A stretch of 50,750 bases of DNA from Candidatus Methylomirabilia bacterium. Its GTDB lineage: Bacteria > Methylomirabilota > Methylomirabilia > Rokubacteriales > CSP1-6. Where the stretch lies: positions 1-50,750 of the forward strand of contig JBGPXN010000010.1 of the NCBI GenBank assembly GCA_041492755.1, given 5' to 3'. Below are positions 33,350 to 45,104 of this stretch, one piece after another. Below the pieces are notes generated by a model. The model had not been told where the DNA came from. It did no database searches and saw only the letters and a program-made list of their open reading frames with translations. The stretch's first letter is position 1, and every line of letters begins with the position of its first letter. Both the position numbers and the translations under genes were made by a program.

Positions 33350-34348
33350 TCAGCCGCCGGCCTCACGCAACGCGATGGCTGCGTCCTCCGGCGGCATGGG
33401 ATTGATGAAGAAGCCGCTGCCCCACTCGAATCCCGCCACCCGCGTGAGCTTGGGGATGACTTCCAGATGCCAGTGGAAGTGCTCGAGGGCCGGCTCGGAC
33501 AGCGGCGCGGTGTGCAGCATGAAGTTGAACGGCGGATCGCCCAGGGTGCGGTTCATGCGGCGCAGGAAGTCCCCGAGGACGACGGCGAGATTGCGCAGCT
33601 CGTCCACGCCCGATTCCTCGAAGGCGGATCGATGCCGCACGGGCAGGATCCACGTCTCGAAGGGAAAGCGCGGCGCGAACGGCGCCAGCGCGGCGAAGCC
33701 GTGCGACTCGAGGATGAGCCGGCGGCACGCCCGTCGCTCGTGGCGCAGGATGTCGCACCACACGCAGCGCTCCTTCATCTTGTAGTACTGGAGCGAGCCC
33801 GCCAGCTCCTCGGTGACCATGATCGGGATGATCGGCGTCGCGATGAGCTGCGAGTGCGGGTGCTCCAACGACGCGCCGGCCGCTTCCCCGTGATTCTTGA
33901 AGATCAGGATGTACTGGAAGCGGCTGTCCTTCTTGAGGTCCATCATCCGCTCGCGAAACGCCAGCAGGACCTCGGCCAGGCTCTCCACCGGCATCGCCGC
34001 CAGCGAGCCCGTGTGCTCGGGCGTCTCGATCACGACCTCGTGCGCGCCCACGCCCGTCATGCGGTCGAACGGGCCCTCGCCGGTGGGGTCGAGGTCCCCC
34101 TCGATGCGGAGCGCCGGGAACTTGTTTGGCACCACGCGGTGCGTCCAGCCCGGGGTATTGGCCCGGCTGTCGGGTGGCCGCCCGGCCAGGATCTCGGGGG
34201 GTGTCTTGTCCTCGTGACCGGGGCAGAAGACGCAGTCGGTGGAGTGCGGGCGCACGGGCTCGCCGGCGAAGTCGGATGGCCGCCGCGCGCGCTCGGTCGA
34301 GATGATCACCCACCGCCCGACCACCGGATCCTTGCGGAGCTCAGGCAT
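33350..34348 (-). CDS. galT: Galactose-1-phosphate uridylyltransferase family protein
   Basis: ELR.DP..GRWV, C.FCPG.E, NKFPAL, G.HEV.IE, KN.G..AGASL.HPHSQ, GFE.GSG. Confidence 0.93.
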   Translation of the reverse strand: MPELRKDPVVGRWVIISTERARRPSDFAGEPVRPHSTDCVFCPGHEDKTPPEILAGRPPDSRANTPGWTHRVVPNKFPALRIEGDLDPTGEGPFDRMTGVGAHEVVIETPEHTGSLAAMPVESLAEVLLAFRERMMDLKKDSRFQYILIFKNHGEAAGASLEHPHSQLIATPIIPIMVTEELAGSLQYYKMKERCVWCDILRHERRACRRLILESHGFAALAPFAPRFPFETWILPVRHRSAFEESGVDELRNLAVVLGDFLRRMNRTLGDPPFNFMLHTAPLSEPALEHFHWHLEVIPKLTRVAGFEWGSGFFINPMPPEDAAIALREAGG

Positions 34349-34387
34349 CGCGGCCGGCTCCGTCGGCGCGGACGGTGACGCCCAAGG

Positions 34388-34957
34388 TCAGGACCACCGT
34401 TCTTCGTCCGGCACGATCGCGCGGAAGTCGGCCTTGCGGAAGAACCGGTAGAAATAGTCCACGGCCGACACGATCGTCAGGCCCAGGGCGAGCCAAAGCA
34501 CGGCGGTCGCGGCCACGTGGAAGCTCGGCGCCTCCACGCTCTTCTCGATGATGAGCATCGTGACCGCCACGTACTGGCTGACCGTCTTCCACTTGGCCAG
34601 GCGGGAAGCGGGCACGATGACGCCCACCCCGGCCGCCACCGCGCGCAGCCCCGTCACGGCAAGCTCACGCCCGATGATGACGACGACGATCCAGGCCGCG
34701 ACCTTGTCGATCTGCAGCAGCGACACGAGCGCCGCCGCGACCAGCAGCTTGTCGGCGATCGGATCGAGCAGGGTGCCCAGCGTCGTCACCTGATTGCGCC
34801 GGCGGGCGAAGAAGCCGTCGAAATAGTCGGTGAGCGAGGCCAGGATGAAGATGGCGGCTGCGATCGCGGCATGGACCCGCGACGAGGAAATGAGGAAGAC
34901 GATCAGCAGTGGTACCGCGACGATCCGGGTGATCGTCAACCCGATGGGTAGATTCAC
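34388..34957 (-). CDS. pgsA: CDP-diacylglycerol--glycerol-3-phosphate 3-phosphatidyltransferase
   Basis: NLP..LT..RI, TD..DG..AR..N.VT.LG.LLDP.ADK, RE..VTGLR, K.KT..Q. Confidence 0.95.
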   Translation of the reverse strand: MNLPIGLTITRIVAVPLLIVFLISSSRVHAAIAAAIFILASLTDYFDGFFARRRNQVTTLGTLLDPIADKLLVAAALVSLLQIDKVAAWIVVVIIGRELAVTGLRAVAAGVGVIVPASRLAKWKTVSQYVAVTMLIIEKSVEAPSFHVAATAVLWLALGLTIVSAVDYFYRFFRKADFRAIVPDEERWS

Positions 34958-34992
34958 GCGCTCACCCCAAGGAACACGCGTCTGCGCACTGA

Positions 34993-35724
34993 TTATCGAG
35001 GCCCCAAAACGACCTTGTCAACGTCGGTCAAGTACACGGGCACGACCGTGCTCGTGTCGAGGGCCAGGCAGGCGGCCACGTCGGACCCGCGGCCGACGGC
35101 GCTCAGGTGTCGCGCCCACGAGGAGTCCCCTCCCAGCCGGGCCACGTCGCCCGCGTACGCCCTCCCCAGCGCGCACGCCGCCCGGGCCCGTTCGCTGAGC
35201 ACCGCCGCCGGCACCGCGGCCTGGATGCGCGCCACCAGCACGCCGGCGCACGCGTGGTCCTCCAGCGACAGTCGCCCGCGCTCGCCGGCGCACACCACCG
35301 TCACGTCACGACCGTGACCGACCGCCCAGGCGACCGCGGCACCGGCATTGACGAAGGCGGCCACGCCGACGGCCGGAGCGGCGCGCGCCGCGAGCAGCGC
35401 CCGGGTGCCGTTGCTGGTGGTGAAGATCACCGTCCGCCCGCCCACGCGGTCCGCGGTGAACTCCAGGGGCGAATTGCCCAGATCGAAGCCGGCGAGCGGC
35501 TCGCCTCGCCGCTCCCCCGCCATGAGCGCGTCGGCCAGCTCGGGGCTTCCGCGGCGCCGCCGCGCCTCGTCAGGATCGCCGACCGGAACGATGGCCACGC
35601 AGCCCTGGCCGAGGGCGGCGATGATCGTCGTACTCGCGCGCAGCACGTCCACGACCAGCACGGTGGCGGAGGCGAGGCGGCAGGCCCCCGCCGCCTCCGC
35701 CGTCGGCGCGACGTCGATCTGCAC
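34993..35724 (-). CDS. comB: 2-phosphosulfolactate phosphatase family protein
   Basis: VVDVLRASTT, GER.G....GFDLGNSP.E, TTSNGT, SLED..CAG. Start uncertain (35724 or 35769). Confidence 0.88.
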   Translation of the reverse strand: MQIDVAPTAEAAGACRLASATVLVVDVLRASTTIIAALGQGCVAIVPVGDPDEARRRRGSPELADALMAGERRGEPLAGFDLGNSPLEFTADRVGGRTVIFTTSNGTRALLAARAAPAVGVAAFVNAGAAVAWAVGHGRDVTVVCAGERGRLSLEDHACAGVLVARIQAAVPAAVLSERARAACALGRAYAGDVARLGGDSSWARHLSAVGRGSDVAACLALDTSTVVPVYLTDVDKVVLGPR

Positions 35725-35758
35725 GCGCTCAGAGCCCGTGAACCAAATCGCGGAGTCG

Positions 35759-35830
35759 AGGAGCGCCACGGCCTTGCCGCGGCGCTCCCGAGCGTTGGGG
35801 GCCGTGGGGGGCCATGTCGGGGCCCCCCAC
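35759..35830. repeat. Double REP-like hairpin after argG
   Basis: GGAGCGCCACGGC-CTT-GCCGCGGCGCTCC and GTGGGGGGCC..GGCCCCCCAC, directly after the argG stop. Confidence 0.6.
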
Positions 35831-37042
35831 TCAGTTGCCGCCGGTCCGGTCGCGGAGGGCGCGGATCTTGAGCCGGAGCGCGTTGAGGTTGATGAACCCC
35901 TCGGCGTCGCGCTGGTGGTAGACGTGGTCGGACTCGAAGGTGGCGAAGTCGGTCCGGTAGAGCGATCGCGGCGAACGCCGGCCGAGCACCGTCACGTTGC
36001 CCTTGTACAGCCGCAGCCGGACCGTGCCCGTCACGTCCTTGACGCATTCGTCCATGAACCCTTGCACGGCCTGCCGTTCCGGCGAAAACCAGAAGCCGTA
36101 GTAGATCATCTCCGCGTAGCGCGGGACCAGCGCGTCGCGCAGGTGGAGGAGCTCGCGGTCGAGCGTGAGTGATTCCAGCGCGCGCCGCGCCGCATGCAGG
36201 ATGGTGCCACCGGGCGTCTCGTAGACGCCGCGGGACTTCATGCCCACGAAGCGGTTCTCCACGAGGTCCACCCGCCCGATGCCGTGCTCGGCGCCCAGCC
36301 GGTTGACCCGCGCGAGCAGCGCGACGGGATCGAGCCGATCCCCGTCGATGGCCAGGGGATCGCCCGCGTCGAACTCGAGCTCGACCTCCAGCGGGACGTC
36401 CGGAGCGGTCTCGGGCGAATTGGTGAGCAGGAACATCTTCTCCGGGGGCTCCCGCCACGGGTCCTCGAGAATGCCGCCCTCGTAGGAGATGTGGAACAGA
36501 TTGCGGTCGGTGCTGTACGGCCGCTCCACCGTGACCGGCACCGGGATGTCGTGACGCTTGGCGAACTCGATCAGCGCCGTCCGCGACGTCAGATCCCACT
36601 CGCGCCAGGGCGCGATGACCCTGAGATCGGGAGCGAGGGCGGCGTAGGTCAGCTCGAAGCGGACTTGATCGTTGCCCTTGCCGGTGGCGCCGTGGGCCAC
36701 CGCATCGGCGCCTTCTTTACGCGCGATCTCCACCTGCGCCCGCGCGATCAGCGGCCGCGCGATCGCCGTCCCGAGCAGGTAGCTCCCCTCGTAGACGGCG
36801 TTGGCGCGGAGCATGGGAAAGATGAAGTCGCGCACGAACTCGTCGCGAAGGTCCAGGATGTGGACGGACGCCGCCCCCGTCCGCTTGGCCTTGTCGCGGA
36901 CGGGGATGAGCTCTTCGCCTTGCCCGAGGTCGGCACAGAACGCGACGACCTCGCACCGATGGTGCTCGATGAGCCAGCGCAGGATGACGGACGTGTCGAG
37001 CCCGCCGGAATAGGCGAGCACGACCTTGCGTGGATCAGACAT
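35831..37042 (-). CDS. argG: Argininosuccinate synthase
   Basis: [55 protein letters not shown]. Confidence 0.98.
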   Translation of the reverse strand: MSDPRKVVLAYSGGLDTSVILRWLIEHHRCEVVAFCADLGQGEELIPVRDKAKRTGAASVHILDLRDEFVRDFIFPMLRANAVYEGSYLLGTAIARPLIARAQVEIARKEGADAVAHGATGKGNDQVRFELTYAALAPDLRVIAPWREWDLTSRTALIEFAKRHDIPVPVTVERPYSTDRNLFHISYEGGILEDPWREPPEKMFLLTNSPETAPDVPLEVELEFDAGDPLAIDGDRLDPVALLARVNRLGAEHGIGRVDLVENRFVGMKSRGVYETPGGTILHAARRALESLTLDRELLHLRDALVPRYAEMIYYGFWFSPERQAVQGFMDECVKDVTGTVRLRLYKGNVTVLGRRSPRSLYRTDFATFESDHVYHQRDAEGFINLNALRLKIRALRDRTGGN

Positions 37043-37059
37043 CGTGACGGTGGCGTGGA

Positions 37060-37983
37060 TCAGACATCGTCGAGCGAGCCGCCCAGGAGCTCCAGGATGA
37101 TCGCCTTCTGCGCGTGGAGGCGGTTCTCGGCCTGATCGAGCACGATGCTGCGCGGCCCGTCCAGCACCGCGTCGGTGATCTCTTCTCCGCGATGGGCCGG
37201 CAGGCAGTGCATCACCAGCGCGTTGGGCTTGGCGAAGCCGAGCAGGCGGTCGTTGAGCTGGTACCGCGAGAATGCCTCCTGCCGCTCCGCCCGCTGCGCC
37301 TCCTGCCCCATGCTCGTCCACACGTCCGTATAGAGGACGTCGGCTCCGTTCGCCGCTTCCGGCGCCTCCGTGGTGACGGTGACGCTGCCGCCCAGCCGGC
37401 GGACCGTGGCCAGCGCGCTCGGCTCCGGCTCGTACCCGGGCGGGCACGCCACCGTCATCCGGGTCCCGAGCAGCGCGCCGAGCATGAGCACGGAGTGGCA
37501 GACGTTGTTGCCGTCCCCCACCCACGCCAGCCGCATCGCGCTGACGTCGATCCCGCGCTCCCACAACGTGAAGTAGTCGGCCAGCGCCTGGCACGGATGC
37601 TCGCGGTCGGACAGCGCGTTGATGACGGGAATGGTCGCGTTCCGCGCCAGCGTCTCGATCACGTCGTGGGCATACACTCGGGCGGCGATGCCATCCACCC
37701 AGCGCGAGAGGTTGCGGGCCACGTCGGGGACCGACTCGCGCGTTCCCAGGCCGATCTCGGTACCCGCGAGATAGACACCGCGGGCGCCGAGCTGGACGAG
37801 GCCGACCTCGAACGTCACCCGCGTGCGCAGCGACGGCTTCTCGAAGATGAGCGCCATCGTGCGGCCCGCCAGCGGCGTGCCGCGGCCGCCCGCCTTCCAG
37901 CGTTGCTTGAGCGCCGCGGCCACCCGGAACAGATGGAGCGCGCGCTCGGGGGTGAGGTCGGCGACGGAGACGAAGTGGCTCAC
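37060..37983 (-). CDS. argF: Ornithine carbamoyltransferase
   Basis: [46 protein letters not shown]. Confidence 0.97.
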   Translation of the reverse strand: MSHFVSVADLTPERALHLFRVAAALKQRWKAGGRGTPLAGRTMALIFEKPSLRTRVTFEVGLVQLGARGVYLAGTEIGLGTRESVPDVARNLSRWVDGIAARVYAHDVIETLARNATIPVINALSDREHPCQALADYFTLWERGIDVSAMRLAWVGDGNNVCHSVLMLGALLGTRMTVACPPGYEPEPSALATVRRLGGSVTVTTEAPEAANGADVLYTDVWTSMGQEAQRAERQEAFSRYQLNDRLLGFAKPNALVMHCLPAHRGEEITDAVLDGPRSIVLDQAENRLHAQKAIILELLGGSLDDV

Positions 37984-39176
37984 GAGGTCAGGCGGGCGAG
38001 CACCGTGTCGATGATCCCGAGAGCCCGGTCGCAGTCGGCTTCGGTCACGATGAGCGGGGGCGCCAGTCGTAGCACCTGATCTCCGGCGCTCAGGACGAGA
38101 AGGCCGGCGTCGCGGCACGCGTCCACGAGCGGTCCCGCCTAGCGCGAGAGCTCGGCGCCGATCAGCAGACCGCGGCCGCGCACGCTCCGGATCACCGGGC
38201 GCCGGCCCTGCATCGCGCGCAGCCCGTCCATCAGGCGACCGCCCATGCGCGCGGCGCGGTCGGCCAGCTTCTCGTCGAGCACGGTCGTGAACGCGGTCAG
38301 CGCCACCGCCGTCACGAACGGGTTGCCGCCGAACGTGCTGCCGTGGGTGCCGGGAACGAAGGCGCTGGCGATCTCGCGCCGGGCCAGCGTCGCCCCGATG
38401 GGGATACCGTTGGCCAGCGCCTTGGCGACCGTCATCACGTCGGGCTCGATGCCGGAATGCTCGTAGCCCCACATCCGGCCCGTGCGCGCGATCCCGGTCT
38501 GGATCTCGTCGAACATCAGCACCGCGCCGGTCTCGTCGCACAGTTTGCGGAGCCCGGGCAGGTAGTCGTCGTCGGGCACGTGCACGCCGCCCTCACCCTG
38601 AATCGGCTCGACCAGGATGCCGGCGGTGTGGCTGTCGACCGCCCGCTCCATCGCGCGCAGATCGTCGTAGGGGACGTGCTTGAAGCCCGCGGGCAGCGGC
38701 TCGAAGCCGTGGTGGTACTTTTCCTGGCCGGTGGCGGTCACCGTGGCCAGCGTGCGGCCGTGGAAGGAGTTGCGGGTGCTGATGATCTCGTAGCGGTCAC
38801 TGGAGAGGCGGTCCTTCGCGTACTTCCTCACCAGCTTGAACGCGGCCTCGTTGGCCTCGGCGCCGGAGTTCGAGAAGAAGACCTGGTCCGCGAACGAGTG
38901 CTCGCAGAGGAGCTTGGCCAGATGGATCTGCGGCACGTTGTGGTAGAGGTTCGACACGTGCAGGAGCGTGGCCGCCGCTTCCTGGATCGCCCCGGTCACG
39001 CGCGGATGGGAGTGGCCGAGCGCGGTGACCGCGAGCCCCGCGCCGAAGTCGAGGTACTCGCGGCCCTCGGTGTCCCACACGCGCATCCCGTCGCCGCGGA
39101 CCAGGCAGATGGGAGCCCGGCTGAAGTTCGGCATGTGGTAGGTGGCCGACCACTCGAACAGCGTCTTGGTATCCAT
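37980..39176 (-). CDS. argD: Acetylornithine aminotransferase with an in-frame TAG at 38139-38141 (nonsense mutation, base error or readthrough)
   Basis: [47 protein letters not shown]. After the TAG the same frame gives the conserved [15 protein letters not shown]-terminus, whose stop overlaps the argF GTG. Confidence 0.92.
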
Positions 39177-39190
39177 CGCCGCCGGTCCTT

Positions 39191-40057
39191 TCAGAGGACG
39201 ATCTCGGTGCCGATGCCTTCGCGCGTGAACAACTCGAGCAGAATCGCGTGCGGGACACGGCCGTCGATGATGTGCGCCTTGGCCGTCCCGCCCGCCACCG
39301 CGCGTAGCGAGGACTCCACCTTGGGCAGCATGCCGCCGCCGATGACGCCGGTCTCCATCAGCCGCTCGGCGTCCTTGCGCGACAGCGTGCTGACGAGCCG
39401 GCCGTCGCTCCCGGCGATCCCCTCGACGTCGGTGAGGTGGATCAGCTTTTCCGCGCCCAGTGCCGCCGCCACTTCCCCCGCCACGAGGTCGGCGTTGACG
39501 TTGTAGGTCTCGCCCCGGGCGCCGACGGCCACCGGGGCGATGACCGGTATGTACCCGTGTTCCTCGAGCAGACGGATCGGCTCGGGGTTCACGGCCTCGA
39601 CCTCGCCCACCAGGCCGATGTCGACTTCCTCACCGCTGGGCAGCCGGTGCAGGCGCTTGCGCGCCCGCAGCAGGTCGGCGTCCTTGCCGGAGAGGCCCAC
39701 CGCGCGCCCCCCGTGGTGGTTGATCAGGCCGACGATCTCCTTGTTGATCTTGCCGACGAGGACCATCTCGACGATTTCCACCGTCTCCTCGTCGGTCACC
39801 CGCATGCCTCCGACGAACTTCGGCTCCTTGCCCAGGCGCTTCATCAGGGCGCCGATCTGCGGCCCACCGCCGTGGACGATGATGGGATGAATGCCGACGT
39901 AGTGAAGAAGAATCACGTCGAGGGCGAAACTCCGCTTCAGATTCGTCTGCTCCATGGCGGCGCCGCCGTACTTGATGATGATGGATTTGCCGCGGAACTC
40001 CCGGATGTACGGGAGCGCCTCCATGAGGATCTCGGCCCGTCGAGGATCGCCGCTCAC
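39191..40057 (-). CDS. argB: Acetylglutamate kinase
   Basis: EALPYI, IKYGG, VHGGGP, G.RVTD, N.NAD..A, LTDV.G, GGM.PK. Confidence 0.97.
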   Translation of the reverse strand: MSGDPRRAEILMEALPYIREFRGKSIIIKYGGAAMEQTNLKRSFALDVILLHYVGIHPIIVHGGGPQIGALMKRLGKEPKFVGGMRVTDEETVEIVEMVLVGKINKEIVGLINHHGGRAVGLSGKDADLLRARKRLHRLPSGEEVDIGLVGEVEAVNPEPIRLLEEHGYIPVIAPVAVGARGETYNVNADLVAGEVAAALGAEKLIHLTDVEGIAGSDGRLVSTLSRKDAERLMETGVIGGGMLPKVESSLRAVAGGTAKAHIIDGRVPHAILLELFTREGIGTEIVL

Positions 40058-40076
40058 GGTCTGGCCCTCGCCCCGC

Positions 40077-41428
<1,352 letters not shown>

Positions 41429-41432
<4 letters not shown>

Positions 41433-41968
41433 AGCACTTCCACCGAGATGTGATCGTTGGTGTAGATGCAGATGCCGGCCGCGATGCGCATCGCCTCGGT
41501 GGCGATCGTCTTGGCGTCGAGGTCCGAATGCACCACGAGCGCGCGGGCGGCGGCCAGCGCGAACGGACCGCCGGAGCCGATGCCGATGAGGGCATCGTCG
41601 GGCTCGATCAGGTCACCGGTCCCCGAGACGATGAACGCGTGATCGTGGTCGGCCACGGCGAGTAACGCCTCCAGGCGTCTCAGAATTCGGTCGGCGCGCC
41701 AGTCCTTGGCGAGCTCCACCGCGGCCCGCGAAAGGTTGCCGCGATGCTCTTCCAGCTTGCCCTCGAAGCGGCCGAACAGCGTGAAGGCGTCGCCGGCGGC
41801 GCCCGCGAATCCGGCCAGGACACGATCGTGGTACAGCTTGCGCACTTTGCGGGCGCCCGCCTTCACGATGGTGTTCCCGATCGTCACCTGCCCGTCGCCG
41901 GCCATCGCCACCTGCTCCCGGTGCCGCAGACAGAGTACGGTGGTGGCGCGCACCACAATGTTGCTCAC
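41429..41968 (-). CDS. hslV: ATP-dependent protease peptidase subunit
   Basis: ATT nucleophile after a short propeptide, GDGQVT, GFAG, KDWR.D, IGSGG, IC.YTN. Confidence 0.97.
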
Positions 41969-42858
41969 GACGCGCTCGCGGTACCGGTCCGGGCGCGTGG
42001 ATGCGCGCGGTCGTAGACCTGCATGAGGCGGTCGCTCCCGACGTGGGTGTAGCGCTGGGTCGTCCCAAGCCGGCTATGACCCAGCAGCTCCTGGATCATA
42101 CGCAAATCCGCGCCACCGTCCAGCAGGTGCGTCGCGAAGCTGTGCCGGAGGGTGTGCGGGCTCACCCGCCGGGTGAGGCCGGCGCGGCGCGCGGCTTGCC
42201 GAACGACCCGATGCATCGTGCGCACGGTGAGCGGCCGGCCGCGTTCGTTGGGAAACAGCGGACCGCGGGCCGTCCCTCGTCGCGCGAGATAGGCATCGAG
42301 CCGGGCGGCGGCCTTGGCCCCGAAGGGCACGATGCGCTCCTTGCGACCCTTGCCGAGCACCCGCACCGTGCCCTCGACCACGTCGACGTCGTCCAGGTCG
42401 AGCCCGGCCAGCTCGGCGACGCGCAGTCCGCTTGCGTAGAGCAGCTCGAGCATCACGGCGTCGCGCCGGGCGCGCGGACTTTCCGGCGCCGCCGTCTCGA
42501 GCAGCGCCACCGTCTCGTCCACGGGCAGGAACGAGACGAGCTTGGTCGCGCGGCGGGGCCCGCGCACGTTGGCCGCGGGATTGCGCTCCAGCCGCCCGCG
42601 CCGTACGAGGAAGCGGAACCAGCTCCGCACCGCCGCCAGCTTGCGCGCCACCGAGGCGGGATCCTGCCCACGCTCGCCCAGATCGGCGAGGAACGCCCGT
42701 ACCATTCGGGTATCGGCTTCGGCGGGTGTCGTCATCCCCGCCGCCGTGGTGAAGCGCCGGAACTGCAGCAGATCGGTCCGGTAACTCTTGAGGGTGTGGG
42801 GGGAGGCGTTCCGCTCGGCCGTGAGGTACCTCAGGAAGTCTTCCAGCGGATCCTTCAT
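41965..42858 (-). CDS. xerC: Tyrosine recombinase XerC
   Basis: [48 protein letters not shown]; topA-xerC-hslVU synteny. Confidence 0.92.
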   Translation of the reverse strand: MKDPLEDFLRYLTAERNASPHTLKSYRTDLLQFRRFTTAAGMTTPAEADTRMVRAFLADLGERGQDPASVARKLAAVRSWFRFLVRRGRLERNPAANVRGPRRATKLVSFLPVDETVALLETAAPESPRARRDAVMLELLYASGLRVAELAGLDLDDVDVVEGTVRVLGKGRKERIVPFGAKAAARLDAYLARRGTARGPLFPNERGRPLTVRTMHRVVRQAARRAGLTRRVSPHTLRHSFATHLLDGGADLRMIQELLGHSRLGTTQRYTHVGSDRLMQVYDRAHPRARTGTASAS

Positions 42859-45104
42859 GCCACCGTGGCGCCCGCCTCCTGCTTGAAGCCGCAGCCCTCC
42901 TTCACGCACGCGCGGGTCGTGCGGCCGCGGGCGGTCCGCTCCGTGAGGAACGGTGCGCCGCAGGAGGGGCACGGCTCGGCCACGGGTCGCTGCCAGAGGA
43001 CGAACTTGCATCCCGGGTACGCCGAGCATCCGAAGAACGTCCGGCTTCGCTTCGATCGTCGCTCGACCATCTCGCCGGTGCAGCCGGGCTCCGGACACGC
43101 GATGCCGAGGGTGACCGGCTTCGTGGTCTTGCAGTCGGGGTAGCCCGAGCAGGCGATGAACTTGCCGAAGCGGCCGTGCTTGACGACCATCGGCTTGCCG
43201 CAACTCGGGCACACTTCGTTGGTCGGCTCGTCCGCGGCGCGCTCGGTCCCGTTCAGATTGCGCGTGTAGCGGCATTCGGGATAGGCCGAGCACGAGATGA
43301 ACTTGCCGAACCGGCCCCACCGCTCTTTCAACGGCTTCGTGCACTCCGGGCACGCCTCACCGGTCTCGACCCCACCTTTGAGCTCCGGCATCTGCTCTTC
43401 GGCTGCCTTGAGGTCCTTCTCGAACGGCCGATAGAAGTCGTGGACGGCGTCCGCCCACTTGATCTCACCGTCTTCCACCTTGTCGAGCTCGGTCTCCATC
43501 TGGGCGGTGAACTCGACGTCCATGATGTCGCGGAAGAACGGCAGCAACAGGTCGGTGACCTCCATACCGAGGTCGGTCGCGAAGAGTGTTCGCCGCTCCC
43601 GCCGCACATAGCCGCGGTCGTTGATGATCGTGCTCAGGATGGACGCGTAGGTGGACGGCCGCCCGATGCCGAGCTCCTCGAGCACCTTGATGAGCGACGC
43701 TTCGGTGTAGTGCGCCGACGGCTGCGTGAAGTGCTGCTTGGGGTCGAGGCCGAGCAGGTTCAGGACCTCGCCCTCGGTGAGCGGCGGCACCGCGCTCTCG
43801 ACGTCGTCTTCGGCCGCGGCGTCGCCATCCTCCCGGCTCTCGACGTAGACCGCCGTGAAGCCCTTGAACCGCATGGTCTGGCCTTGCGCGCGGAACACGC
43901 ACCGGCCCGCCTCGACGTCGGCGCTCACCGTGTCGTAGATCGCCGGCACGAGCTGGCTGGCGAGGAACCGCTCCCAGATCAGCCGGTAGAGCGCGAGCTG
44001 ATCGCGGCCGAGGAAGGGCGCGACGTTGGCGGGCACGCGGCCCGGATCCGACGGACGGATCGCCTCGTGCGCTTCCTGCGCGCGCCCGCGCGACTTGTAG
44101 ACGGGCGCCGTGTCCGGCAGGTATTCGGCGCCGAGACGAGCCGTCGCCCACTGGCGCGCCTCCTCCTGAGCGTCGCGGGAAACCTGGACCGAGTCCGTCC
44201 GCATGTAGGTGATCAGACCGACTTGCCCTTCGCCTTCGAGCTCGATCCCCTCGTAGAGCTGCTGGGCCACCGTCATCGTCTTCTTCGCGGAGAAGCCGAG
44301 CTTGCGCCCCGCCTCCTGCTGCAGCGTGGACGTGATGAACGGCGGCGCCGGATTCTTCTTCCGCTCGCCCCGGGTCACCGACCGCACCACCCAGCGCGCG
44401 CCGTCGAGTCCGGTCATCACCTCGCGGGTGGTGGCTTCGTCCGGGAGGCTCGGCTTCGCACCCTCCACTTCGCGCAGCGTCGCGACGAACTCCGGCGGAT
44501 GCTGGCCACTCAGCCGCGCGTGCAGCGACCAGTACTCGACGGGAACGAACGCCTGGATCTCGCGCTCCCGATCGACGATGAGGCGGACGGCGACGGACTG
44601 CACGCGGCCGGCGGAGAGCCCGCGCCGGATCTTCTTCCAGAGCAGCGGCGAGAGCTTGTAGCCGACGAGACGGTCCAGCACCCGACGGGCCTGCTGCGCA
44701 TCGACCTTGTTGGTGTCGATCCTGCCGGGACGCTCGAACGCGCTGCGGACGGCCCGCTCGGTGATCTCGTTGAAGGTCACGCGAAAGATCTTCTTCTTGT
44801 CGACGGGAAGCTCTTGCGCGAGATGCCAGCCGATGGCCTCTCCCTCCCGGTCAGGGTCCGTCGCGACGTACAGGGCGTCCGACTTCTCCGCGGCTTTGAT
44901 CAGATCGTCGAGCACCTTCTTCTTGCCCGGGGACACGACGTACTTGGGCTTGAAGCCCTTTTTGAGATCGACGCCGAGCTGCGACTTGGGCAGATCGCGC
45001 ACGTGGCCCATCGAGGCCTTGACGAGGAACTTCGAGGTCAGATACTTCTGGATCGTCTTGACCTTGGTGGGCGACTCCACCACCACCAACGAGCGCTTCG
45101 CCAC
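42855..45104 (-). CDS. topA: DNA topoisomerase I
   Basis: VVESP.K, S.GH.RDL, ATDPDREGEAI, SAGRVQS, ITYMRTDS, GIGRPSTY, C-terminal C4 zinc ribbons; AAGGAG RBS. Confidence 0.98.
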   Translation of the reverse strand: MAKRSLVVVESPTKVKTIQKYLTSKFLVKASMGHVRDLPKSQLGVDLKKGFKPKYVVSPGKKKVLDDLIKAAEKSDALYVATDPDREGEAIGWHLAQELPVDKKKIFRVTFNEITERAVRSAFERPGRIDTNKVDAQQARRVLDRLVGYKLSPLLWKKIRRGLSAGRVQSVAVRLIVDREREIQAFVPVEYWSLHARLSGQHPPEFVATLREVEGAKPSLPDEATTREVMTGLDGARWVVRSVTRGERKKNPAPPFITSTLQQEAGRKLGFSAKKTMTVAQQLYEGIELEGEGQVGLITYMRTDSVQVSRDAQEEARQWATARLGAEYLPDTAPVYKSRGRAQEAHEAIRPSDPGRVPANVAPFLGRDQLALYRLIWERFLASQLVPAIYDTVSADVEAGRCVFRAQGQTMRFKGFTAVYVESREDGDAAAEDDVESAVPPLTEGEVLNLLGLDPKQHFTQPSAHYTEASLIKVLEELGIGRPSTYASILSTIINDRGYVRRERRTLFATDLGMEVTDLLLPFFRDIMDVEFTAQMETELDKVEDGEIKWADAVHDFYRPFEKDLKAAEEQMPELKGGVETGEACPECTKPLKERWGRFGKFISCSAYPECRYTRNLNGTERAADEPTNEVCPSCGKPMVVKHGRFGKFIACSGYPDCKTTKPVTLGIACPEPGCTGEMVERRSKRSRTFFGCSAYPGCKFVLWQRPVAEPCPSCGAPFLTERTARGRTTRACVKEGCGFKQEAGATVA

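Noticed and set aside
38139..38141. Pyrrolysine or genome-wide TAG recoding
   Set aside because: TAG terminates other genes here (trxB, moaA, dprA), the site is not catalytic, and no pyl genes are in the window.
41965..42858. Tyrosine recombinase as a prophage or island integrase
   Set aside because: Its size and topA-xerC-hslVU context indicate chromosomal XerC; there is no phage or cargo gene beside it.
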